Made by a program: the position numbers and the translations under genes. 64,000 nt of DNA from Eledone cirrhosa (Eukaryota): assembly GCA_964016885.1 (NCBI GenBank), contig OZ024746.1, forward strand, positions 40,858,001 to 40,922,000, written 5' to 3'. This document shows positions 24,940 through 35,803 of this stretch, one piece after another. The notes beneath the pieces were generated by a model. That model had not been told where the DNA came from and searched no databases. It saw nothing but the letters and a program-made list of their open reading frames with translations. Position 1 is the first letter of the stretch; each line of letters opens with the position of its first letter.

Positions 24940-26394
24940 GAATATGAATAAACGAAGTTAATTTTACCTGTTGACATACACTTCTTGTTCATATATATAT
25001 AAACGTTTTCGCTCCATCGTAGCTGCATACATATAAGTTTGTGAATTTTGTATATCTTATGATTACGAATAAACATTTGGAAAGCCTTCCAGCTATGAAT
25101 ATTGAAAAGCTGACGGGCTGTTGCCGTATAGCGGATTCTAGCGAATGTAGCGGGGGAGAACAGCCAACGCTATATATTTTCACTGTCCTGGCGACAGCTA
25201 AAGCCAGAAACGTAATTACATTGATTCATACACACACACATACATAAACACATACATACACACACACATATTCATACATACATACATACATACATACATA
25301 CATACATACATACATACATACATACATACATACATACATACATGTAAATATAAGGGAAACAACAAAAACGGGGAAGCTCTGAGTAACAATGGAGTGAATA
25401 ATCAGCTTCCAATGAATAATCATCATCGGCATAGTCGTGTGTCATCGCAACGACAACACCATCACCACCACCAAATCATCACGATAACGACGTTGTCATC
25501 CAAACAACACAACCATCGTTCTCACCACCACCACGACAACGACAACAATAAAAGAACAGAAAACAGTTTTAATATGCTCAGATGTGAATATAGTTCGTAT
25601 CAATGAATCCCACCTATGCGTCTTCATTCAACCGTTACTTGCTCGTCACCAGAGCAAGCGATGACATTTAAAGACGTTAAAGAGATTTAGAATGGTGTCA
25701 ATGCCACACTTTGTTCCAACACGATTCCAACTTTACTTGATAGTTTGAAACTAAATGATATGTCGTTCGTGTTATTTAGGACTTTCATGGCGATAGACAA
25801 ATGCTTAGCAGTATTTATTAGGGTTCTTTACGCTCTGGGTTCATATCCCACCGAGATCATCTTTGCCTTTCATCCTTTCGAAGACGATAAATTAAAATAC
25901 TAGTAAAGTACTGTGGTCGGTATAATCGACTTTCTTTCCACTCCCTACACATTGCTCACATTGTGCCTGAATTAGCAATCGTTATGGTGAATTGGCAGTA
26001 TCAGTAGAGGGTTGGACGCCATGTTTTCTAGCATAGTTACGTCCCTTTACAGTCTGAGTTCAAATCCCGCCGAGGTTAACTTTGCCTTTCATCCTTACGG
26101 GGTCGATAAAATAAAGTACCAGTAATGTACTGGGTAATTGCTGGCCTTGTGCCTAAAGTAGAAATAGTTATTTAGGATTATTTCAGCACAGATCTGCCGT
26201 TTTCCTCCGCCAATCGGGATGAGGGCATCAAGCTCGAGAAAAGAGCCTTGTGAGATAAAATGGTTTATGCAGTGGATACTCTGTGGCAACTCTTTCACCA
26301 TCTTGTACTCAGGGTGCACTGAGATATACCATCTAGCCATGGTTTATATAGTGGGTACTCCGTGGAAATGCTTTCACCATATTTTCCCCAGAGT

Positions 26395-26655
26395 GCAGAG
26401 TGATAATTCCAATCTTCAAAAAGGAAGACAAGAGCGATTGTTCCAATTATAGAAGGCGCTCCTTGTTTAGCCTCCTCGGTAAAGTCTATGCTAAGTGTCT
26501 GACAAAGAGATGCAGGGAGATTGTCGAGTCCAAGTTAGCCGATGAACAGTGTGGTTTTCGCCCCGGACGCAGTATAGCCGACCAAATATTCACCCTGCGG
26601 CAGGTGTTTGAGAAATCGTAGGAGTATAACCAAGAAGAAGAAGAAGAAGAAGAAG
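26395..26655 (+). mobile_element. Expander/RTE-type RT fragment
   Basis: IIPIFKKEDKSDCSNYR..LLGKVYAK..EQCGFRPGRSIADQIFTLRQVFEKS*, ending in (GAA)n. Confidence 0.8.
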
Positions 26656-27646
26656 ATAGTCAAATCGTCCTTGTACTTCGGCCAAGATTTCTGGAATACA
26701 TGTAACCTTCAGTGCCGCGGGCTATAATTCAAATAACACTGTTCATGAATAGACTCTTTCTTTCTCCCCGCCCCCTGTCTCTCTCTACCCCAGACACACA
26801 CCCAAGCATCTTCTTGACTACATTTCCAGCATAGTTACGTCCCTTTACGGTCTGAGTTCAAATCTCGCCAAGGTTAACTTTGCCTTTCATCCTTACGGGG
26901 TAGATTAAATAAAGTACCAGTAATGCACTGGGTTATTGCTGGCCTTGTGCCAAAAGTAGAAACAATTATTTCTCCCTACAGTCACTGATCTGAAAATGTT
27001 TAGGCTCATAAATCGGTTACGTCAATCTTACTAGTCTGTTGTGACGGTGTTGGTGACGGTGGTGTTGGTGGTGGTTCTGGCGTTGGTTGTGGTGATTGTG
27101 GAGGAGGTGGTGATAGTGATGGTTGTTGTAATGGTGGTGGTGGAGGTGAAGAAATACAACAAAGCACTTTAACCAATACCCTAACAATTCTGACATTCCA
27201 CCTAGCCTTAATAATAATTTCCAACAATTTGGAGAGGGGAAAGTCAATTAAATTACTGGTACTTTATTTTATAGACCCCGTGAGGATGAAGGGCAAAGTT
27301 GCCCTTGACGGAATGTAAACTCAGAACGTAGATAGCCGTAACGAAATACAGTGATACATTTTATCCGATTCTGCCAATCCACTGTCCTCCTCTACCAATA
27401 ATTGTTTCTAATTTTAGCACAAAGCCAGCAATTTTGGAGGAAGGGAAAAGTCGATTAAGTCAACACCAGTATTTGACTGGTACTTTATTTTGTCGATCCT
27501 GGAAGAATGAAAGCCAAAGTTGACCTTCGGCGAGATTGGGACTCAGAATGTAGTGAGTCGGCATTGTTATTTAACAATGCGTTTGTGGGAATCGAACTCA
27601 TGACCTTGCGAACGTGAGCCGAACACCTCAACCACTAAGCTATGGT

Positions 27647-27685
<39 letters not shown>

Positions 27686-28237
27686 GTAGGTAGGTAGGTA
27701 TGCGCGCGCGTGTGTGTGTGTGTGAGTGTGTGTGTGTAGTTTCATTCTGTAATAAGGAAATCACAATTGTATTACAAATGTCCAAATATGGAACCAACAG
27801 TCCTGATATGAAAATATCAAAATTCCCTATTCCCCACCCTTGGAACGAAGCATATCAGTTTGATTGTTGTAAACAACACCCGTTATTCAGAGATCAATAA
27901 AAAAGTAATAAATAAATAAATACAAGTAAAATAAATAAATAATTAAATAATAAATCCCAGCGGCTGCTTTGCGTCCTGCTCTCTTTCCCCCCATTTTGTC
28001 ATAAAAATTTCTGAATCGAGGAAGCCAACCTAATTAAGTTCGCTCCACCATTCATTCTTCATTATTGACGATAGCCAACGCAATTAAAAACAAACAGCCC
28101 CCCCCCCCCCCCCCCCCCGTAAAATTTAAAAAAACACAATAAATATATAAAAACAACAACAACAACAAAAAACCCTAATGATTCAGATGCTGTTTACATC
28201 ATCAGATACTGAATAGATATGTGTCAGCAATAGTTAC

Positions 28238-28256
28238 CCGCTACAACCGTCGCCAT
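28238..28256 (-). CDS. Candidate first coding micro-exon (MATVVA+G)
   Basis: gagatcATGGCG start, g|gtaact donor, inside a TE-free, CpG-containing island (~27960-28400). Confidence 0.3.
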
Positions 28257-29361
28257 GATCTCCTCTTTGTAACACATACGTCATTTCCATTGTTTCCACT
28301 ACTAACGGACTCTTTTCGTTTCCTCTGATAAAATAATCTGGTCAGAGGTGTAAAGATTGTGTCCTGCTATTGTCCTCTATTAGTTTTTGCTTGTCAATTT
28401 TAATAGGTTTTTTTTATGTCTGTGTCTGTGTTATCATTGTGGAGTGGACGCAGTATAACCTATAGTTAAAGAGTTCGCTTCGCAATCATTAGGTCTCAGA
28501 TTCGATACCTCTACGTGACACCTTGAAAGTGTAATTTACCACTGCCACGGTTCAACCTTTGCTTTGTCAGTGAAATTAGGTAAATGGAAACTGTTTCATT
28601 ATTTAAGTTCCTTTAATTCCCGAAAGGTCCTAGGGGCAACCAGTCTGACACAAGGAATATCTTAGACATTTTAAATCTGGGGGAGCCAATCCTCTCCAGG
28701 TTGGAATACAGTCAATTTCTTCCAGAGAAGACAGAAAAGAGAGATAGAGCAAGAATAGACCCTAGTACTAGACTGGTACTTTATCAACGGCAAATGGGGG
28801 AAAATTTGACCATAGTGGGATTTGAACTCAGAGCACAGTGAGCTAGAACAAACATCGATGTATTTTAAATCCGACGCTTTAACATCTCTGCCAATTCTCC
28901 GTCTTGCTTTTTTTTTTAATGATATATTTCGTCTAAAGACTTTGTACGGAGTTCCCTACATCCAGATGGTTTTGTGACGGCATTATAAGTGTTTTAAACT
29001 TGCACTCGGGACTGTTGAAGAGTATATCTCAAATAACAGGATATTTAAAACTGCTCGTTAACTTAGATGAGTAACAGGGATCCAAGTTAATCTCTGTTTT
29101 TACTATTGTTGTAAACATCTTTTAAAATGAAATATAGACATAAAATAGTGAAATATGGATAAGCTTGAAATGCTGTTTTTTCCCCAGTGGCATGAGATAC
29201 GTAAAGAGCAGTGTAGTGTTTTATTCTTATATTTGCGTGATTCAAGTGAATGACACGACCAGAATAAATACCGTAAAGAATGACTTCGCCAAATGTATAA
29301 CAAAATGAAATATTAGAAGGGACATTTTAATGAAGGTAATGCGTTGCAATGATTTAACATA

Positions 29362-29556
29362 CGAAGGTCGGCTGAAAAGTCCAAAGGCTGACTATGAAGG
29401 AGTGATGCTAGTGCTGTGAAATCTTGCATGCATTAATTTCAACTCTTATTAATAACTGCATTGTTTCTTTCCAGGGACTATGTTGAAAAATAAACCTCAT
29501 TTGGTCATTCCATGAGTGTATCTTGGTCAGCCTATGAACTTTTCAGCCGACTCTCG
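29362..29556 (+). mobile_element. Mariner-derived MITE
   Basis: TA TSD; TIRs cgaaggtcggctgaaaagt / acttttcagccgactctcg; internal remnant GDYVEK*-like (gggactatgttgaaaaataa). Confidence 0.85.
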
Positions 29557-29689
29557 TATACCTTCATCTTTTTTTCCCCTTGATATTTTATTTTTCATCT
29601 TTTTACACAGGTAACAACACAAATTAGCTGTTGTTTTAAAGACACATTTTGGAATTATTTTCTTGGAAATACATTAGTGTTCCATTCCC

Positions 29690-29925
29690 GTGAACAGCAA
29701 CCTTTCTGGCTGTCATCTATCGACTTGGTTTCTGTTATCTTAAAGTTAAGTGAATCGTTAATAATCACCTCTTTCGTCAGCTCCCACAACACCCTTAGTG
29801 AACACCAGTGCAGTTCTGGAAGTTTGCTCTCATGTGCCGCTTATCAGTGTTTTCTCGTCCTTGACGATATCGACAAAAGAAATGTCGTTGCATTTGATAT
29901 CATACAAACCCTTGACTTTTTGTAG
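29690..29925 (+). mobile_element. Highly degenerate CR1/Jockey-type RT fragment
   Basis: SIDLVSVILKLSESLI..LSEHQ..VVAFDI resembles PISLLSVISKLFE..LSDxQ..VALDISKAFD. Confidence 0.45.
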
Positions 29926-30879
29926 ATGTGGTTTTCATATAGTTTTGGACGATGAACGGGAGAAGATAAAACTTGGAGCTTTCTATCAGAGTAAAAAAGT
30001 ACACTTTATTAAGCTACATAAACAATATCAAATGCTTAGAATTCTGTTGTTTATCGAAGAGGAATAAGTCGTGACCTCACTCAATGGCTACAACTAAGAA
30101 TGTGTGTTTATTTTTTAGTACTTTAGCAAAAAAGATAAACACACACATCCTCTCGATTTCGGTGTGTTTATTTTTTAATGCTAAAACGACTCTTCTTCTC
30201 GATTTCAGTGGGAGATAATTATTTATCAACTAATCTGACCCATGAACATGCCGCAAAGGACATTTTTCCACCGCAGAAAACGGAGGGAAATTGTGTGTAT
30301 GTGTGTGGTGGTGGGTGGGGGGTCACTCGAACACGCCCGCCCCTGAGTTTTCTTTGCTATTTTATTTATATTTATTCTTATTGCCCCCCCCCCCCCCCCC
30401 CCTCCGTTTTCCCCAAAACAGTTTTTTTTGTGGTAAGTTCGGAAGTCAGATTAGCTGATAACACACGAAAAAAAAAAATAGAAAAACAAAACAGGGAAAA
30501 TAATTATTTCCCATTGAAATTGAGAGGAGTGTTCTATAACACCTAGGCCTTTTTTTTAATGTTTAATTTTTATATGATAGAAGTGGGGATTTTGTCTGGT
30601 GAAATTGTTGTCCATTTCCGTTCTCAAGGGTTCACTTCAAACTGTGTCGGTGCATATTTGAGCGTAGTAAATCCTTTTTGTATATTACCAATTTCATCCT
30701 TCGACAATGCAGACCTGCCAACCTCTAAAAATTCAAACGGGTAGTACCATGAAAACAAGTGCCCCAAAACGGGAAGAAATGAGGCAAAATGGGGAGATTT
30801 TAATAATGAAAGCTATTCCGATTTTCACCCAATGTGGGTGGGAGATATCCGTCGGACGGGGAGAGTTGACAGGTATGGA

Positions 30880-32790
30880 GAATGTCAAAGCAAAAGTAAT
30901 ACAAACAGATGTTTATAGAGGTGAGTGGCTTAAAAACGAATATTTTAGAAGTTGGTTGGCAGAGGTTAAAGAATATCCCAGGACAGCAGGTTATTCAAAT
31001 GTGATATTAATGGTTTCTGATTTAGGCAAATTTTTTGGGTGGGGTGGGGGGGTGAAATTAGATTAAATTAACCTCAGTGCATTATTAGTACTTTATTTTA
31101 TCACCACTGTAAGGAAGAAAGGCAAAGCTAACCTTTGGCTGGATTTGAACTCAGAATGTAAAGGGACGTAACTATATGCGATAAATCATGTTCAACACTT
31201 TACCATGTCTGCCATTACACCACCCTCAAATGTTATATTAATGCAAAATACTCTGACTTAACAGTACAGATTTGGCAGAGTCATTAGAACGTTGGATAGA
31301 ATGCAATATGCTATTCGTTCTGGCTCTCTGCTCTCTGAGCTCAAATCCCGCTGAGGTCAACTTTGCCTTTCATCCTTCCGAGGTCGATATAAAAAAAGTA
31401 CCAGTCTAGTACTAGGATCGATTCTTCCACTATATCTCTTTTTCACTTCCTATCTTTCTTTGGAAGAAAACTGCTGTCCTCAAGCCTGGAGAGGGATGAG
31501 CTCCGCCAGGCTAAATGTGCCCAAGAAACGCTGTCAATACAGCACCCTTACGACTCTACCAGGAGTTACAGGACCATACATACATACTCTGACTTAACTG
31601 TACACATGAAATACAAAAAATAACAACACATCAGTGCAACATCTCTGAGAATAGCGCTATTAACATAATACCTTGAGGTATAACCAAAGTATAAAGTATC
31701 AAGACTTGAAAGAAATATTTCAATGTTTATTAGCTGTCATTCAGCTGCTGTAAATGCAGACCATCTGGTTGACTTTTGTAAGAATAATATAAATGACAGC
31801 GACACAACTGCACAATTAAAAATGCATCATACTAAAGTGTTAAAAAATTATCCAACTATCAACAATAAACACTTTGAAGAGGATTTAATTAATGATGTAG
31901 AAGATAGTAAGTTCTGTTTATTGCTGAATCATTCTAATGTTATCATTGTAACCCAAATCCTGGAAATTGAAATACAGGATCACAAAATACTCCGAGCTTG
32001 ATTATTGCATTGGTGTTTGCTGAGCAACAAAAGGGGCACACATCGAGTGTCTATGATATCAACAAATACCACAAAACTTTGTTAGTTTATGCAGCTGTAG
32101 CCACCAATATTGTAAAAATATTCATTTAAGTTTTCATTTATAAATATTTGAAATCAAGGAGTGTTTTTGTAGTCACCCTGTAATTTACTTTAGTAGTACA
32201 TTTAATAAGGTAGTTTCTACATAAAAAAGTGAGATGCAGAACATATTGTCAAAATTGTAAAATCATATTGTAAAATCTGAATTGTTAGGGAGAAGATTGA
32301 GAATAGAGAATCTTGTTGGTATAGGTACAAACAATGTAAGTGTGATGATAGGAATCAATAATGGAGTGTATCAAAAGATGAAAATTGAAATTCCTACATT
32401 TGCTTTAGTGAAATACACATGTTACTCTCTTCAGTTAGCAGTGTCACATGCCTCCTCAGAATACTTACAAAGAAGTTTAGAATTTATAATATCTGAGATA
32501 CATAAATGGTTTACCCATTCATCAACAAAGCAGTTAGCTTACATAACCTTATATCAAGCAATAAATGAAGATGAAATGCCCCTGAAAATTCCTATGAACA
32601 GCAAAACAAAGATGGTTGTCCATAGAACCTGCTGCAGGAAGAAATATTATTCAATGGTTAGAATTAAAAACACACTTAGAAATCTTTTCAGAAAGGTGTT
32701 TAGCATTTTTATTTTACATACACTCAATATTTGAAGAAGTGTAGCTTGTAAATAAATCCTTTGAGTCTAACAATGTTGTCAGAAGCAACC
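30880..32790 (+). pseudogene. Fossil hAT-superfamily transposase (ZNF862-like), interrupted by SINEs and a MITE
   Basis: Fragments YRGEWLK..FRSWLAEV; FISCHSA..ADHLVDFCK..LKMHHTK; EEDLINDVEDSKFCLLL; LVGIGTNNVSVMIGINNGV..TCYSLQLA..WFTHSS. The catalytic Asp and CxxH positions have decayed. Confidence 0.75.
31975..32180. mobile_element. Tc1/mariner-type MITE inserted in the hAT fossil
   Basis: TA-caggatcacaaaatactcc ... ggagtgtttttgtagtcaccctg-TA. Confidence 0.6.
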
Positions 32791-33236
32791 ATCTCTAATT
32801 GATCTGGGCGGACCCCCAAGTGAGATCAGCCGAGCTCATGGATGTTATCCAACCATCTTGCTTGAGGTCTATCCCTTGGTCTCCTGCTGATTGGTTTTGC
32901 ATGTAAAATCTGTTCAGGGATTCTTTTCTGAGACATTCTAACCACATGCACCTAATATTGGAGCTGTAGTGGCCCTATTTGTTCCAAACACCAGATTAAT
33001 AAAGAGAGTTAATTCAGATTCTTGATTATTTTCAAAATAATTTGAAAATCATAGGCAGTATCTTCATTAATGAGTGGGGCTTGCATAAACAGCATTGAAA
33101 AATTTACATTTATTCAAATCTGAAATATTTCCTTCAATAATCTGTTTATTGTGGATTTAGTATATAGTATAATCCTTATAAAGACATCCATACAGCTGAG
33201 AGGATTTTCTTATATATATGTGTGTGGTGTGTGTGT

Positions 33237-34465
33237 GTAGAAAGGAAAATAGGGCACAGGTGCCCTCTGGAAAATGGCCATGCTCAGTATGTAGGAAAGG
33301 AGTAGGTAGAAATTCCATTCTATGTGCCAAATGCAAACTATGGGTACATAAAAGATGTAGTGGGATCACAGGAAAGCTATCTAAGAACGTAGATCTTATA
33401 TGTGGCCGATGCTCAGGTGCAATAAGTAGCAAGTGCCCACAAGATACTAGCTTCTTCTACTGCCCAGATGGTTCCATAGAAATAGTGGACACTTTCCGTT
33501 ACCTGGGTGACAAAATCAGCAGTGATGGTGGGTGTTCTGAAAGTACAGAAGCCAGAGTTAGAACGGGATGGAAAAACTTCAGAGAGTTTATACTGCTGTT
33601 GGCCATAAAAGGTTTCTCTCCGAAAATGAAAGGCAGATTATATGATGCTTGTATACGAACAGCAATGTTACATGGCAGTGAGACATGGGCATTGTGTGCA
33701 GAGGCCCTGCACAGACTGGAAAGGAACGAAGCAAGCATGCTCCGTTGGATGTGTAATAGTAATATACATGAACGGCAAAACATAAACGGACTAAGTGAGA
33801 AATTAGGAATAAGAGGGATCAGATGCTGTTTATTCAAGAGAAGATTACATTGGTATGGTCACGTGATGCGCATGAAAGACGACAGCTGTATAAAACAGTG
33901 CAGGCTGATCAAAATTGAGGGAAGTTACGGAGTAGGTAGATCCAGAAAAACCTGGGACGACATGATAAAGTCCGACTTTGCACACTTGTACCTCTCTAAG
34001 ACAATGTCACTGGATCGAGATCTTTGGCAGCACACAGTATTACAGAAGACACGCCTTCCCTACATGTAAAATTAACCTACAGTCAGTAGGCCCCTCCAAA
34101 CCAAACACACCCCAACCCACTACCCCCACCCCATCCTCCCACTCCCGCCAACACCACCCTTTCTCTATAAAGTTATGTTGGTACCACAACAGCCAGTCCA
34201 AACTAATGAGATTGTGTAGGTGTCACAACAAAAAAACACAGTCCACGCTGTAATGTGGTTGTGTAGGTAACACGGTAAAAAGTTCCCAGTCCACACTGTA
34301 AATGTGATTGGTGTTAGGAAAGGCATCCAACCGTAGAAAACCTGCCAGATAGTCCTATACGAGCGAGACACGGTCACCCGGCCAATCTTGCCTCAAGTGG
34401 GACAACTCCCGTCTAACCCTTGCTACCGTGGAAGATAGACGTTAAACGATGATGATGATGATGAT
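33237..34465 (+). mobile_element. 3' portion of an RTE LINE (PHD-like finger to C-terminus, extended 3' UTR, (GAT)n tail)
   Basis: ORF 33218-34069: KWPCSVCRKG..CAKCKLWVHKRC..FRYLG..HGSETW..WYGHVMR; tail gacgttaaac(gat)n. Confidence 0.92.
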
Positions 34466-34664
34466 ATAAAGAGGTCGTGTGGGTGTCACGACAAAATGCA
34501 CCCAACACTCACTGTAAATGTGGTTGGGTTAGGAAAGAAGGGTATCCAGCTGTAGAAACCAAGCCAAAAAAATCAGTTCTGACCTCAACTTGCTTCAAAT
34601 AGGACGACAACCCATGCTAGCGTGGAAAATGGACGTTAAACGGCGATGATAATAATATATATAT

Positions 34665-34792
34665 ATAGGAACGAGTAGGACCCCGATGGCTGAGCTCAAG
34701 CCGTTTCGACGGCTAATTCTGGACTAAATTTAGTCCAGAATTAGCCGTCGAAACGGCTTGAGCTCAGCCGTCGGGGTCCTACTCGTTCCTAT
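34665..34792. repeat. 128-bp spacerless palindrome with 1 mismatch
   Basis: Centre ctaaa|tttag at 34728/34729; the arms are reverse complements except gatggc vs gacggc. Confidence 0.95.
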
Positions 34793-34868
34793 TACCCACT
34801 CTACTACCCTAAGCATTGAGTACTTTGGCGCGTTATGGTCCACCTGGTTCCTTACCACATTTCCTTCG

Positions 34869-34924
<56 letters not shown>

Positions 34925-34967
34925 TACTTGTATTTATATAAAATGATTTTAACATTATAACACATGA

Positions 34968-35282
34968 TGGTATGCCTAAATAATTGTTTCTACGTTAGGC
35001 ACAAGGCCAGCAATTACTCAGTGCATTACTGGTACTTTATTTTTTATCGACCCCGTAAGGATGAAAGGCAAAGTCAACCTCGGCGGGATTTGAACTCAGA
35101 TCGTAAAGGGACGTAACTGGTATGCCTAAATAATTGTTTCTACTTTAGGCACAAGGCCAGCAATAACTCAGTGCATTACTGGTACTTTATTTTATCGACC
35201 CCGTAAGGATGAAAGGCAAAGTCAACCTTGGCGGGATTTGAACTCAGATCGTAAAGGGACGTAACTGGTATGCCTAAATAAT
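34968..35282 (-). mobile_element. Tandemly duplicated 5'-truncated SINE with three copies of a 17-bp TSD
   Basis: tggtatgcctaaataat at 34968, 35118 and 35266 brackets two ~150-bp SINE units. Confidence 0.85.
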
Positions 35283-35746
35283 AACATCTGAAGTTATCTA
35301 TTTGACTTCAGTTTTTGTTTAAATAGTCTTTGAATTTGTTAATACAATTTTAAAAAGTGGGGGTGGAAGGGGTCCAGATTAAACTAACAAAAGCACATTT
35401 TTTTTTACAGAATTCCTAATAAGTTAGAAGGCCGCCCATATCAAATGCGAGAGAAATAAAATGCAGGAATTTTCGTCAGTTTGCATGATTATAAACTGAG
35501 AATGTAAATGATGGAAATTCCTGCATAATGATTGACAAGCTTCTATTATTAATATTTTAATACTCTTAATTTTAACTTGTATATTACACATGTATATTCT
35601 AGTTATAATTTTAGCTGAAGTGGTACGAAATCTAGCTAATTCTGGCTAGAAATCATGCTATACCTAACTAAAAAGAAGAAAAAAATTATAGTTCGCAATA
35701 TTAAGTGGAACTCTTTAAACATTAGAAATTACAGAAGTTAATAAAA

Positions 35747-35803
35747 ATGGCGGATGTATTGTTGAGTGACGCCGAAAAGGTTTTTATTCTTCACGGAATT
35801 CAG
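35747..35803 (+). CDS. EXOSC7: EXOSC7 coding exon 1 (MADVLLSDAEKVFILHGIQ)
   Basis: AAAATGGCG start context, cag|gtaatt donor. Confidence 0.95.

Noticed and set aside
25614-25750. Minus-strand exon candidate with tttag acceptor and ag|gtggga donor
   Set aside because: Stops in all three frames.
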